In this document: piece after piece, positions 27,354-39,082 of the stretch
Layout: the number at the start of each line of letters is the position of its first letter
Numbering within the stretch: the stretch's first letter is position 1
NCBI GenBank assembly: GCA_938007995.1
Contig: CALLLW010000012.1
Coordinates: 47,379-111,378 of the forward strand
DNA: 64,000 nt
Origin: an uncultured Granulosicoccaceae bacterium
GTDB taxonomy: Bacteria > Pseudomonadota > Gammaproteobacteria > Granulosicoccales > Granulosicoccaceae
Reading direction: 5' to 3'
Notes under the pieces: model-generated
Told to the model about the DNA's origin: nothing
The model's database searches: none
The model's input: the letters and a program-made list of their open reading frames with translations, nothing else
Translations under genes and position numbers: made by a program

Positions 27354-29921
27354 ATGGCAGCATTTCCGTCAAAAGCAAAAGTCGTCATTATCGGCCAGGG
27401 AGGTATTGTCGGCGCCTCGGTTGCACATCATCTGATAGAGCGCGGCTGGGACGATATTGTCGGCATTGATAAGTCTGCCATCCCGACGGACATCGGCTCT
27501 ACCGCCCATGCCTCTGATTTCTGCTATGCCACCGCGCACGATCAGATGACCTGCCATACCACCATGTACAGTATCGACTTCTACCAGCAGCGCGGTCGCT
27601 ATGAAAAAGTCGGCGGGCTTGAGGTCGCACGGGTTGGTGATGATGACCGCATGGCAGAACTGAAACGCAAGGTGGCATCCGGTAAAGCGTTCGGTACCAA
27701 TGCACGCATGATTAGCGCAGCAGAGGCTAAAGAGAAAATGCCACTGCTCGAAGAACAGATGATTCAGGGAGCCTTGTGGGATCCGGATGCAGGGCTTGTC
27801 ACCCCGAGGTCACAGGTGGTATCCGGTGAACTTGTCGAACAGGCGGAACAAACCGGCAAGCTCAAAGCCTTTGCCAATACGCCTGCCACTGGTTTAAAAA
27901 TAGAGAACGGAAGGATTACCGGCGTCGAGACACACCGTGGTTTTATCGAAGCGGAGTATGTGGTGATTTGCGCGGGTTTATGGGGCCGACTGATTGCCAA
28001 TATGGCAGGTGAAGATCTGCCGGTGATGCCGGTTGATCATCCGCTGTTATGGTTCGGCCCGTACGATGAGTTTGCCGGCACCGGTAAAGATATTGGCTAC
28101 CCGTTGCTTCGCGATCAGGGTAACTCTGCCTACCTGCGCGACACCGGTGATCCAAAAACCACTGAAGGCGGCATGATTGAATGGGGGTACTATGAAGAAA
28201 AAGACCCGCGCATGTGTCACCCGCGTGATCTACTTGAAAAAGAGCAAGCCAGACTGTCACCTTCACAACGTGATCTTGAAATGGATCAGATCATTGAACC
28301 ACTTGAACGTGCAATCGAGCTGACACCGATTCTTGGTGAGCTGGGCTATGATGAAAAGCGATCCTTTAACGGCTTACTGCAAGTGACCGCAGACGGCGGG
28401 CCGTCTATTGGTGAGTCTGCCAATGTACGTGGCTTGTGGTATGCCGTATCAGTCTGGGTTAAAGATGGTCCCGGTACCGGTAAGGTCATAGCCGACTGGA
28501 TGACTGACGGCAAAACCGAATTTGATCACAGTGGTATTGATGTTGCGCGCTATTATCCTTTTCAACAGGAAGAGCAATACATTCACGATCGCTGCTATGA
28601 AACTGCCTTTAAAATTTATAATCCGGCAGTACATAACCGCGAGCCGTATACCAAGGGCCGTGGTATTCGTCGCAGCCCGTTCTATGAGCGTGAAAAAGCA
28701 CTGGGTGGCTACTTTATGGAAGCCGCCGGCTGGGAGCGTGCTCATGGCTATGCCAGTAACGAACCACTGCTGGAAAAATTTGCTGACAAAGTCCCGCTAA
28801 GAGAAGCGGAATGGGATAACCGCCACTTTCACCGGGTATCGAATGCAGAACATCTGCAACTCAGTGAAGATGTCGGCATGGTCAACCTATCGCACTTCGC
28901 AATCATTGATGTTAGCGGTGCGGATGCAGAAGCACTGATGGAATACGTTTGCGTTGCAAAGGTCGGTGGAGACACACCTGCCGGCAAAGGCATATACACA
29001 CACTTTCTTGATCATGCCGGTGGTGTCAGAGCAGATTTAACCGTTATACGTATGGCAGATGATCATTTCAGAGTCATGGATGGCGGTGACTCCGGCGCCC
29101 GTGATCTTGTCTGGCTGAAACGCATCAGTGACGATCATAACTTTCCAAACGTGACTATTGAAGATAAAACAACTGACTTCGCCTGTCTTGGACTGTGGGG
29201 CCCTAACGCCAGAGCCACACTTGAAAAGGTGGTGGATAATCCTGAACAACTCAGCACAGACAACCATCCGTTTATGTCAGTTAAAACCATTGACATCAAC
29301 GGTGCAAAGGTTGCTGCATTCAGAATATCCTATGTCGGTGAACAGGGCTGGGAATTACACTTTAACTACAACGACGGCTTAACTGTATGGGATGCACTGG
29401 CAGCACAAAACGTCACACCGATCGGTATTGAAACCTATGCCAACAGCAGACGCCTTGAAAAAAGTCTGCGTTTGCAGAATGCAGATCTGTTAACAGAATA
29501 CAATCTATACGAATGTGATCTGGCACGGCCAAAAGTTAAAGCAGCAGACTTTCATGGCAAGCAGGCACACCTGACTTTCCGTGAAAGGGAACATCAGCCC
29601 GCCTACCTCTGTACACTAACTATGGTCAACAACATAGACTCTGAAGGGGTCGCCAGGTATCCGGTCGGCACCAGTCCGATCATAGATCCGGATTCAGGTG
29701 AGTGTTTGATCGATGCCGAAGGCAGAAGATCTTTTATCACCAGTATTGCCTACGGTCCTACTGTCGGTAAGAACATCGCCCTCGCCTACCTGCCGCACGA
29801 ATACTGTCAGGAAGGTCGGGAGCTACAAATGGAATACTTTGGTGAGCCATACACATTGAAGGTTGAAGGAGTCGGCTACAAGCCACTGTACGATCCGGAC
29901 AACCTGCTACCGAAAAGCTAG
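27354..29921 (+). CDS. dimethylglycine/sarcosine dehydrogenase-like protein (FAD DAO domain fused to GcvT aminomethyltransferase domain)
   Basis: 855 aa. The N-terminal dinucleotide fold is KVVIIGQGGIVGASVAHHL. The C-terminal roughly 400 aa have GcvT-like folate-binding architecture (..RISYVGEQGWELH..). Confidence 0.75.
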   Translation: MAAFPSKAKVVIIGQGGIVGASVAHHLIERGWDDIVGIDKSAIPTDIGSTAHASDFCYATAHDQMTCHTTMYSIDFYQQRGRYEKVGGLEVARVGDDDRMAELKRKVASGKAFGTNARMISAAEAKEKMPLLEEQMIQGALWDPDAGLVTPRSQVVSGELVEQAEQTGKLKAFANTPATGLKIENGRITGVETHRGFIEAEYVVICAGLWGRLIANMAGEDLPVMPVDHPLLWFGPYDEFAGTGKDIGYPLLRDQGNSAYLRDTGDPKTTEGGMIEWGYYEEKDPRMCHPRDLLEKEQARLSPSQRDLEMDQIIEPLERAIELTPILGELGYDEKRSFNGLLQVTADGGPSIGESANVRGLWYAVSVWVKDGPGTGKVIADWMTDGKTEFDHSGIDVARYYPFQQEEQYIHDRCYETAFKIYNPAVHNREPYTKGRGIRRSPFYEREKALGGYFMEAAGWERAHGYASNEPLLEKFADKVPLREAEWDNRHFHRVSNAEHLQLSEDVGMVNLSHFAIIDVSGADAEALMEYVCVAKVGGDTPAGKGIYTHFLDHAGGVRADLTVIRMADDHFRVMDGGDSGARDLVWLKRISDDHNFPNVTIEDKTTDFACLGLWGPNARATLEKVVDNPEQLSTDNHPFMSVKTIDINGAKVAAFRISYVGEQGWELHFNYNDGLTVWDALAAQNVTPIGIETYANSRRLEKSLRLQNADLLTEYNLYECDLARPKVKAADFHGKQAHLTFREREHQPAYLCTLTMVNNIDSEGVARYPVGTSPIIDPDSGECLIDAEGRRSFITSIAYGPTVGKNIALAYLPHEYCQEGRELQMEYFGEPYTLKVEGVGYKPLYDPDNLLPKS

Positions 29922-30116
29922 TCAGATAGCCCGCTGGAAGCGTCGCACCGGACTGCACGCTTCTATGTTTTTCATTAGCTCACAGACAGTGTTCAAGTTG
30001 TTAGAAATTTATTAACACTGAAATCGCCGATCACCTGCGCAGTTCAGGCATTTTCAGCGAACTCTTTCCTGACCGGCGCGTCTGAACCCTACATTCTTCC
30101 TCCCTCGGGGCGTCCT

Positions 30117-31505
30117 GTGTCAATAAACCGTTCGATAAAGCAGCAGTTACTTACTGTTGCTTTCATACTTGCCACCACATTAGCCAGTCAACAAGCCATA
30201 GCTCAGGATTCGCTGCCGGCGCTGTCTGAAAGTGTCATCAAGCGTTTTGGTGAACGCCCGGCTGTTCCCACCGGAGAACTATCACAGGAAGTTGCGGATG
30301 CGCTTCAAACCGCCTTCGTCGCACCAGTAACCACATCCGGCTGGGGCGAAGAACAGGCAGAGGCACTGCAAAAGATAGCCAAATCAGAAGATCCGCGACT
30401 GGTCTGGATGATCAGCGATCTGATGCGCTTTATCAGAAGCCGCAACGTGATGGAGTCACTTGCTGATGCATCCGGTGAACTGCTGGGCATTGACTACCCG
30501 ACCAACAATATCTGGGGCAGAACTACCGATCACCTGATTGCCTGGAAAATCCCTGAGCCACCAAACTACCTGCCAATTAAAAAGGCTATTTTCACCAGCG
30601 TCGAACCGCAGTGGGAGAAAATATTTAATGAAGGTAATATCAACTGGACTCACGTTTCATGGGGCGGTGTACTGATCGACAGCCGGCCATTTGATGAAAC
30701 CGATGAGCTTTGCAATTGCATACCGGCAGCTGACAACCCGGAGGTTATCTCTGCGGCTGAAGCGAAATGGCTTGACGATGATGATGTTGTATTCGGTGTA
30801 GAGATCAACGGTGAGTATCGTGCCTATCCGAGACAGATCATGGAAGTCAGAGAGATGGTCAACGACACACTTGGTGGCAGAGATATCGGCATGCCCTACT
30901 GCACCTTATGTGGTGCGGCACAAGCCTACTTCACTGATGAACTTCCGGAAGGTGTCGAAAGACCGGTACTACGTACATCCGGTCTGTTGATTCGATCCAA
31001 TAAAGTCATGTATGACGTTAACAGCTGGTCGGTTTTTGATACGTTCACCGGCGAAGCAGTCACCGGACCTCTGGCAGATCGCGGTATCAAACTAAAGCAG
31101 GCAAGTGTGGTCACTGCCGAATGGGGCGACTGGAAAAAGGCACATCCTGAAACCACGGTGCTGGTTGAAGCACTGGCACTGGGCAGAGACTTTGATTTTC
31201 GCAATGGTCGTGATGCCGACGGCCCGATATTCCCCGTTGGTGATGTAGATGCCCGCCTGCCGGTACATGAAGACGTTATAGGTGTGATTGCTGATGACGG
31301 TCAGCCATATGCATTTCTACGAACTGCTGCAGTCGCCGCACTCACCAAAGGTGAAGGTGTCGGTGCAGGCAACATTAAACTGGTACTGGATGCGGGTGGA
31401 GTACGTGCTACAGACGCTGACGGGAATGATGTCGGTAGTCATCAGGCATTCTGGTTTGCCTGGTCGCAGTTTCACCCCTCTACCGAACTGTGGCCCGGCA
31501 TATGA
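30117..31505 (+). CDS. DUF3179 domain-containing secreted protein (paralogue A)
   Basis: 462 aa with a signal peptide. The DUF3179-type core is GEYRAYPRQIMEVREMVNDTLGGRDIGMPYCTLCGAAQ...LRTSGLLIRSNKVMYD...FDTFTGEAVTG. GTG start. Confidence 0.7.
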   Translation: MSINRSIKQQLLTVAFILATTLASQQAIAQDSLPALSESVIKRFGERPAVPTGELSQEVADALQTAFVAPVTTSGWGEEQAEALQKIAKSEDPRLVWMISDLMRFIRSRNVMESLADASGELLGIDYPTNNIWGRTTDHLIAWKIPEPPNYLPIKKAIFTSVEPQWEKIFNEGNINWTHVSWGGVLIDSRPFDETDELCNCIPAADNPEVISAAEAKWLDDDDVVFGVEINGEYRAYPRQIMEVREMVNDTLGGRDIGMPYCTLCGAAQAYFTDELPEGVERPVLRTSGLLIRSNKVMYDVNSWSVFDTFTGEAVTGPLADRGIKLKQASVVTAEWGDWKKAHPETTVLVEALALGRDFDFRNGRDADGPIFPVGDVDARLPVHEDVIGVIADDGQPYAFLRTAAVAALTKGEGVGAGNIKLVLDAGGVRATDADGNDVGSHQAFWFAWSQFHPSTELWPGI

Positions 31506-32458
31506 ACACACTACAAAAAAACAGTCTCAACAATCTGAGCAAGGCATGCCTGATCGGTATTGCACTATTCATCAGTGCCTGCTCGTCATCAGATGACAGT
31601 GGTACAGATAATATCCCTGGTGATACCACCGTTGGTGGTCCAGGCCCGGAAAACGCCGAGATCGTAACCGAAGTTCAAATAGCCATGGATCCGGATCAGA
31701 CCGGCATGCTGCAGCAGGTCAACCCACAGTCAATCGGTGACACCTCCCTGGTTAATGACACAGGTCTGGATGGCAGGTTGCTGCCAACTATATTCGCCTC
31801 ACAGACTGATGTCGACATGGCCTTTGCACAGTCATCTGCAGCATTGGTAGAACAGCTCAATGACTCGCTGCTACTGCCTGAGGATATCAATGTCATTTTC
31901 GCCGACTGCGGTACCGCCAACGCTTTCTTCGCCCCAGTGCAGTTCGGCGTTCCAACTGCCGAAATTACGATGTGCCACGAGCTGACGCTTTTGCTTTCCG
32001 TGTTCTATGGCAATGACCGACAGGCATTTCTGGCTACCACATTCGTGCTAATGCACGAGCTGGGGCATGCATTGACAAACGTACTGCAGTTACCGGTACT
32101 CGGTATTGAAGAATCGTACGTCGATGGAATCGCTGCGGTATTGCTTGGTGAATCCGGCCTTGCCGAAGGTTCTGTACTGGCAGGCTGGTTCTTTGGAGGA
32201 CAAACCAACACACCATTCTTTGATACACACCGTGCAGGTCCGCAACGGCTTGGCGATCTAGCCTGTTGGGGTGTTGGTGCTGATACATCGCTACAGGTCG
32301 ACCCGATTGTCGGCAGCATAGCCGATCAGCTGATTCAGACCGGTCGCGACTGCCAACGGGAATACGCTCAACAGTTATCCGGCCTGGATACGATTTTAGG
32401 CCCGCATATACTTGGTGGATTCAATCTGCTGTCAGTGCCAGCGGAGTTGCTGGAATAG
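31502..32458 (+). CDS. putative zinc metallopeptidase lipoprotein (DUF4344-like)
   Basis: The ATG at 31502 overlaps the DUF3179 stop (ATGA); the track uses the GTG at 31490. It has a lipobox (ALFISACSS) and the motifs MHELGHAL (HExxH) followed by GIEESYVDGIAA. Confidence 0.6.
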   Translation: MNTLQKNSLNNLSKACLIGIALFISACSSSDDSGTDNIPGDTTVGGPGPENAEIVTEVQIAMDPDQTGMLQQVNPQSIGDTSLVNDTGLDGRLLPTIFASQTDVDMAFAQSSAALVEQLNDSLLLPEDINVIFADCGTANAFFAPVQFGVPTAEITMCHELTLLLSVFYGNDRQAFLATTFVLMHELGHALTNVLQLPVLGIEESYVDGIAAVLLGESGLAEGSVLAGWFFGGQTNTPFFDTHRAGPQRLGDLACWGVGADTSLQVDPIVGSIADQLIQTGRDCQREYAQQLSGLDTILGPHILGGFNLLSVPAELLE

Positions 32459-32491
32459 AGAACAGGCTGTGCCGCGCCCTCAACCAAAAGA

Positions 32492-32890
32492 TTATTCCGG
32501 AAACAACAACTGAGAACCTTCAAGTATCTCGAAAGCCTGCGGGTCAGTAGTACCGGTACTACTGACCCAGTAGTAAACCCCGTCTCTTTGAACAATGGAG
32601 AAGCCGGCACCCCAGTCGACTCTCTCCCACCAGCTTTCATAGTGGTTATGTTTTCTGTTCACTCGCCACTTACCCAGCGAAGACCTCTGCCCACGCTGGG
32701 CGTATATGGTCTGACCATGCTTATCAAAGTATTGCCGATACTCGTGATCGATCCATGTACCGACGGCAGTATTGCCTGTCAGCAGGTCTACAATTTCTTC
32801 TGCCGTTAGCGTCCGGTCTTCTGCAGCAGCATTGCTGCCCGGCAACGCAAATATTAAAAACACAGATAACAAATAAGCAAATTTCTTCAT
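32492..32890 (-). CDS. hypothetical secreted protein
   Basis: 132 aa with a clear signal peptide (MKKFAYLLSVFLIFALPGSNAAAE). Composition looks coding. No family could be assigned with confidence, though it may be DUF995-like. Confidence 0.5.
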   Translation of the reverse strand: MKKFAYLLSVFLIFALPGSNAAAEDRTLTAEEIVDLLTGNTAVGTWIDHEYRQYFDKHGQTIYAQRGQRSSLGKWRVNRKHNHYESWWERVDWGAGFSIVQRDGVYYWVSSTGTTDPQAFEILEGSQLLFPE

Positions 32891-32913
32891 TGTTCAAAGC
32901 CCTCGCGACAAAA

Positions 32914-32943
32914 GCCAACACTGGCCAACACTGGCCAACACTG
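32914..32943. repeat. 3 tandem copies of the 10-mer gccaacactg
   Basis: Read directly: gccaacactg gccaacactg gccaacactg. It lies in the promoter region upstream of the 32890 start. Confidence 0.85.
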
Positions 32944-32968
32944 CTAATAATACCCGTGTGTAAAAACA

Positions 32969-33217
32969 ATGATACCCGCGTGTACAAAATTCGCAATTGA
33001 GTCGTTGCCGATTACAACGCTGGATTACCTTGTCGACAATTGGCAGCAGCACCGGCCACTGGTACCTTACTGTAACCATGACTATTACCTCTATTTATCA
33101 GCCAATGACGAGAACGGTGCGGTTACTCTGCGCCCCGTTCAATCAGGTTTGGAAAATCCAATCATTGACTTTGCACCTGATACTCGTCTGCTAGAGGTAA
33201 CAATTACACGCCACTAG
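32969..33217 (+). CDS. hypothetical small protein (82 aa), uncertain
   Basis: The only ORF in this 450-bp gap. A plus-strand terminator-like hairpin with a T-run follows it. There is no recognisable RBS or family, and the start codon lies inside a direct repeat. Confidence 0.3.
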   Translation: MIPACTKFAIESLPITTLDYLVDNWQQHRPLVPYCNHDYYLYLSANDENGAVTLRPVQSGLENPIIDFAPDTRLLEVTITRH

Positions 33218-33262
33218 TAGTGTGATTAAACAATATAGTTAGAACTTAACTTTTTTCCTGTT

Positions 33263-33301
33263 AGTGCGCCGCCTGGCTCCTCGGTAGCGCACTGCTTTTT
33301 T
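33263..33301 (+). terminator. putative rho-independent terminator
   Basis: agtgcgc ... gcgcact forms a 7-bp stem with a 17-nt loop, followed by gcttttttg. Confidence 0.45.
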
Positions 33302-33344
33302 GCTTATAGCGAAACGCAAAGATCGCTTAATACCGATCACTTAT

Positions 33345-34394
33345 TCAGGAAAAAACAATTCCATCAAAAAGCTTCCTCGCCGTTCTGATAATCGCAGCAG
33401 ACAGAACCTGACCCTGTTCATCAGTAACTGCCTCTATGCCAGTGGCACCTGAAGGATGTTCTATATTGAGTTTTTTTACCCTGGCTTTCGGCAGATCGGC
33501 AAGACTGTACGCTGGTGATTCCGGCAACAGACAGGCGGTAGCCACGCTGACTGCGCCAAGCACACCAATACTGGCATGACATCGGTGCGGTATAAAAGTA
33601 CGTGTAGAGATTGCGCCACCATTACGCGGTGCACTGACCATGGTCATCTTCGGCACGGTTTTATCGCTGACATCACCAAGATTCATTATCGGGCCACAAA
33701 CCAGTCTTATCGATTCAAGTCTTTCTTTTAGGGCACGGTTCGCATCAAGCTCATCGCGGGATTCTTCGCCGCTAATACCGACCGCTGTCGCGTTTAATAC
33801 CACTACCGGCATGCCGTTGTCTATCATCGTGACTTCCACGCCTTCTACCGTGTCGACCTGATTGCCGGTAGGCAGCAGCTCACCGCAACTGGAGCCTGCT
33901 GTATCCTTGAATTCCAGTGGTATTGATGCGGCAGCACCGGGCACACCATCAATAACCGCGTTGCCACTATATAGTGGGTGGCCATCTTTAACCGGCACTT
34001 GTGCGGTTGCAGCCTGACCGGTATTTTCCATATAGATTGTCACCGGGGTGGTATCACCAATGTGCGGCTCAACCAGACCACGCTCAATTGCAAACGGCCC
34101 GACACCGGCGAGTATGTTGCCGCAGTTCTGTGCGTCAGTCACCACTGGCTGGTCAACCGAGACCTGCAGAAAAAGATAATCCACATCAATGCCGGGGCGG
34201 CTCGATTTTTTAACCACCGCCACCTTGGAAGCCAGTGGATCAGCACCACCCATACCATCTATCTGGCGTGCATCCGGTGAGCCCATAATGCGCAATAAAA
34301 ATTCGTCTCGGTTTGATGGCAGCTCATCCGCGAGGAAGTAACCACCTTTTGATGTGCCACCACGCATCCACATGCAGCGCACAGCATCAGACAT
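33345..34394 (-). CDS. ligU: 4-oxalomesaconate tautomerase (PrpF superfamily)
   Basis: 349 aa. The N-terminus [11 protein letters not shown] is the PrpF/GalD/LigU hallmark. It sits in a protocatechuate 4,5-cleavage operon. Confidence 0.8.
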   Translation of the reverse strand: MSDAVRCMWMRGGTSKGGYFLADELPSNRDEFLLRIMGSPDARQIDGMGGADPLASKVAVVKKSSRPGIDVDYLFLQVSVDQPVVTDAQNCGNILAGVGPFAIERGLVEPHIGDTTPVTIYMENTGQAATAQVPVKDGHPLYSGNAVIDGVPGAAASIPLEFKDTAGSSCGELLPTGNQVDTVEGVEVTMIDNGMPVVVLNATAVGISGEESRDELDANRALKERLESIRLVCGPIMNLGDVSDKTVPKMTMVSAPRNGGAISTRTFIPHRCHASIGVLGAVSVATACLLPESPAYSLADLPKARVKKLNIEHPSGATGIEAVTDEQGQVLSAAIIRTARKLFDGIVFS

Positions 34395-35091
34395 ACTTTA
34401 AGCCTTTGTCAGCCAGCCGCTGGCGCATGTTATACATATCAAGACCAAGCTCGCCTTTTGCCAGTTTCCGGCGTTTGGCGTCTTCATTGGCCACTCGTTC
34501 ACGTGCTTTTTGAAGGGTAACCTCAGCTGCGTGACGCTTTACCACACAAACACCATCATCATCGGCAACAATGACATCTCCTGCTTCTATGTTTTGACCG
34601 GCGCATACAATCGGCACATTTACAGAGCCCAGAGTTTCTTTTACCGTACCCTGCGCGCAGATCGCTTTTGACCAGACCGGAAACTGCATGTCGGACAGAT
34701 CTTTGATGTCACGTACGCCTGCATCAATGATCAAGCCTTTGCAGCCACGTGCCTTTGCAGAGGTCGCAATTAAATCACCAAAGTAACCGGCATCAGACGG
34801 TGATGTGGTGCCCAGTACCAATACATCGCCAGGCTGCAGTTGCTCAATTGCCACATGCAGCATCCAGTTATCACAGGGTGGTGCGAGAATAGTAATCGCT
34901 GAACCCGCAATACAAGCACCGGAATATATCGGTCGCATATAACTTGCGAGTAACCCTGTTCTGTTCTGCGCTTCATGCACAGTGGCCACACCACATTCCG
35001 CCAGTCCGTCAATAACCGACTGATCGGCACGCTCTATGTTTTGTACCACCACGTGTTGCTCGCCTGCATTTCTCTCAATCGTGGTCATCAA
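34387..35091 (-). CDS. ligK: 4-carboxy-4-hydroxy-2-oxoadipate aldolase / oxaloacetate decarboxylase (RraA-like)
   Basis: 234 aa with RraA/class II aldolase-like sequence (GDVLVLG...[27 protein letters not shown]). Operon context fits. Confidence 0.8.
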   Translation of the reverse strand: MMTTIERNAGEQHVVVQNIERADQSVIDGLAECGVATVHEAQNRTGLLASYMRPIYSGACIAGSAITILAPPCDNWMLHVAIEQLQPGDVLVLGTTSPSDAGYFGDLIATSAKARGCKGLIIDAGVRDIKDLSDMQFPVWSKAICAQGTVKETLGSVNVPIVCAGQNIEAGDVIVADDDGVCVVKRHAAEVTLQKARERVANEDAKRRKLAKGELGLDMYNMRQRLADKGLKYV

Positions 35092-35825
35092 AGTTCATCC
35101 ACACAGCGAGGATACACCGACTGAAAACCTTCCGCGTACTGCGCCGGTCTGCCACCTGCCATACCACCCGAGTTTCGCCTGAAGTGATTGCCACGATTCT
35201 GTGCAACGTTGGTATAGTAATCCCACAAGTGATGCTGCCCCTCCATGCATTCAATCGCCGCGCGCTTTTTATCCCACACGTCGGTAATATCAAGAAACGT
35301 ATCCGGCTTCCAGCCCATTTGTTCAGTTTGATGTGGCTCAAACAAGTACAACTGCGGAGCACCGAGTACTTTTTCACCCGGGTTATGACCCCACGCCTGG
35401 GCAATCATTCTGACTTCCATGGCTATCTCTGTGGTATACATGTGATCAGTATTGTAGGGATCATACTTTGAGTGACTGAGCATAAACTGCGGCTGCACGG
35501 CACGAATCAAATCTACCAGTTTGAATTTTGCATCGCGGTCAAGTTGCAGCGGATAGTCACCCAGATCAAAAAACTGTATGTCGTGTACATCGAGCGCTTT
35601 CGCAGCGTTTTCCGCTTCTGTACGACGAATCGCTTTCACTTCATCAAGTGACTTGCCCTCTTTCCATAATCTGGCGCTTTCACCACGTTCACCGTATGAG
35701 AGGCAGGCAACCGTGACTTCGTAGCCAAGCTTCTGATGAAGTGCAATGGCACCACCACAGCGCCAGACAAAATCAGCAGCATGCGCAGATATTACCAGCG
35801 CAGTTTTTTTATCGGACATCAACAT
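35088..35825 (-). CDS. galB: 4-oxalomesaconate hydratase, GalB type (PIG-L/LmbE family)
   Basis: 245 aa. The N-terminus [20 protein letters not shown] shows a LmbE/PIG-L fold with AHAADF in place of AHPDDE. It lies between ligC and ligK. Confidence 0.6.
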   Translation of the reverse strand: MLMSDKKTALVISAHAADFVWRCGGAIALHQKLGYEVTVACLSYGERGESARLWKEGKSLDEVKAIRRTEAENAAKALDVHDIQFFDLGDYPLQLDRDAKFKLVDLIRAVQPQFMLSHSKYDPYNTDHMYTTEIAMEVRMIAQAWGHNPGEKVLGAPQLYLFEPHQTEQMGWKPDTFLDITDVWDKKRAAIECMEGQHHLWDYYTNVAQNRGNHFRRNSGGMAGGRPAQYAEGFQSVYPRCVDEL

Positions 35826-35908
35826 CTCCCGGTTTTACGGTCTGTACATGCCTGATGCTGTACACACCTGAAAAATATAAAGCCACACAAAAACCAACCC
35901 ACAGAGTG

Positions 35909-36865
35909 CTATCTTTTAAGCACACCCATTTGATCTTCAAGTTTTTGCATAACCTGCATCGCTGCCAGCCCCTGTGCAAAGCTTGAATTCGGCTCACGAT
36001 TGTCTTGTATTGCCGAGATAAACTCGCGATCAATCAGCTCTATACCATTGTTTGACAAAGCCACACCGCTAAGATCGACGGGTTCTTCATTGCCATCCAC
36101 CAGATCATCATAGCGCGCAATGTAAGTACCACTGTCGCCAATGTAACGAAAGAATGATCCCAATGGTCCGTTGTTATTGAACGACAAAGACAAGGTACAC
36201 AACTTGCCACTGGGCGTTTTCAAACCGATTGTCATGTCCATCGCAATACCCAGATCCGGATGTGCCGGTCCCTGCAGACCGAATACTTCAGACGGCGCTT
36301 CACCGGTTTGATACATAAATAGATCAATCGTATGACAGGCATGGTGCCACAGCAGATGATCTGTCCAGCTGCGCGACTCACCTTTGGCATTGGTATTGGT
36401 TCGACGGAAAAAATAGGTTTGTGCATCCATCTGTTGTATCGAAAACTCCCCGGCGTCGATACGTTGTTTGACCCACTGGTGTGACGGATTAAAGCGACGC
36501 ACATGCCCGACCATACCCACCAGGCCTGCAGATTTTTGTGCGGCATCCATTTTTTCGGCATCTGCCAAACTGTCAGCCATCGGTATTTCAGCAAATGTAT
36601 GTTTACCCGCCTGCAGCGCCTTGACTGATTGCTTACAGTGCAGTTGCGTCGGCGTAGATAGAATTACCGCATCAATATCCTGCTCGAGAAATTCTTCATA
36701 ACCGGAACATGCCTGTGGAATCTTGCGCTCAGATGCGAGTGCCTCGATCTTGTCTTTATTCGGACCAAATACAGCGGTCACCTGCGCCTCTTTGATGTTG
36801 CCCAGCGCATCCAGATGCTTCAGGCCAAATGCGCCATACGCACCGGCCACACCTATTTTTATCAT
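35909..36865 (-). CDS. ligC: 4-carboxy-2-hydroxymuconate-6-semialdehyde dehydrogenase (Gfo/Idh/MocA family)
   Basis: 318 aa with a Rossmann N-terminus (MIKIGVAGAYGAFGLKH). It lies immediately downstream of ligAB. Confidence 0.75.
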   Translation of the reverse strand: MIKIGVAGAYGAFGLKHLDALGNIKEAQVTAVFGPNKDKIEALASERKIPQACSGYEEFLEQDIDAVILSTPTQLHCKQSVKALQAGKHTFAEIPMADSLADAEKMDAAQKSAGLVGMVGHVRRFNPSHQWVKQRIDAGEFSIQQMDAQTYFFRRTNTNAKGESRSWTDHLLWHHACHTIDLFMYQTGEAPSEVFGLQGPAHPDLGIAMDMTIGLKTPSGKLCTLSLSFNNNGPLGSFFRYIGDSGTYIARYDDLVDGNEEPVDLSGVALSNNGIELIDREFISAIQDNREPNSSFAQGLAAMQVMQKLEDQMGVLKR

Positions 36866-36867
36866 AG

Positions 36868-38104
<1,237 letters not shown>

Positions 38105-38149
38105 TTAACTCCAGCTTGACAGGGTAGATCAGTAATAAAAGCGCGATCG

Positions 38150-39067
38150 TCAGGCAGCTCTGCCGGCATTCATATAAGAAACAAGACGACCATCAATAAA
38201 CAACAATCCAATGCCAATGACTAATACACCAACAATCTCTCTCATCCGAATGATCTCACCAAGAAACGTATTGCCCAGTAGCACAGCAGTGACCGGAATC
38301 AGAAGCGTAACCAGCATGACGTTGCTGGGGCCTGCGCGCACCAGAATTTTAAAAAAGACCAGGTAAGCCGCAGCTGTTCCGAAAACGGCCAGTGCCACAA
38401 CCGATACCACCGTTGACACGCCGGGCATCGGAAGCGTCCATGGCTGGTCAATAAACATCACAATTAAACAAAGTACCGCGCTTGAGCAGAGTAGCTGGCA
38501 GGTCGCAGACTTTACCGGTGCGATACCACCGAGAAATTTTCTGCCCCATAAAGCGGCAAATCCATAACTCAGCGCAGCACCAAGACACAGCATTATGCCC
38601 GGCAGTTGATTATTGCCTTCAGAGCTGCTCGCACCTTGCAACACAGCCACACCACACACGCCGAACAACACACCAATCACACGATTAAGCGTTAACCGCT
38701 CCTGCTGAAATCCAGCCATTACCAGCACAGTAAAAAGCGGCGTCATCGCATTGATGATTGAAGACAGACTCACGGTGATCATTGTTTGTGCGGCAAATAT
38801 CATCCCGAACGGTATAACGTTGTTAAGCAAACCCATACCAAAAAATGGAAACCAGTCCTGCATGGTCTGCGGCAATCTATGACCCAGAAACCAGAACAAT
38901 GGCAGCAGGGTGGCTGCAGCAATAGCCACTCGCGCTAATACGACAGTCAGCGGTGGCAACTCCCGCACCGCTACCCCGGCAAAGAAATACGCACCACCCC
39001 ACAGCACTGAAAGCAGCAACAGCAACCCCCAGTCGATAGCGTCCATTGTCTTGACTGTCGCTATCAA
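38150..39067 (-). CDS. DMT-superfamily (EamA-like) transporter
   Basis: 305 aa with about 10 TM segments and a duplicated EamA architecture. Confidence 0.8.
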   Translation of the reverse strand: MIATVKTMDAIDWGLLLLLSVLWGGAYFFAGVAVRELPPLTVVLARVAIAAATLLPLFWFLGHRLPQTMQDWFPFFGMGLLNNVIPFGMIFAAQTMITVSLSSIINAMTPLFTVLVMAGFQQERLTLNRVIGVLFGVCGVAVLQGASSSEGNNQLPGIMLCLGAALSYGFAALWGRKFLGGIAPVKSATCQLLCSSAVLCLIVMFIDQPWTLPMPGVSTVVSVVALAVFGTAAAYLVFFKILVRAGPSNVMLVTLLIPVTAVLLGNTFLGEIIRMREIVGVLVIGIGLLFIDGRLVSYMNAGRAA

Positions 39068-39082
39068 CAGTTTTGCCCGGGA

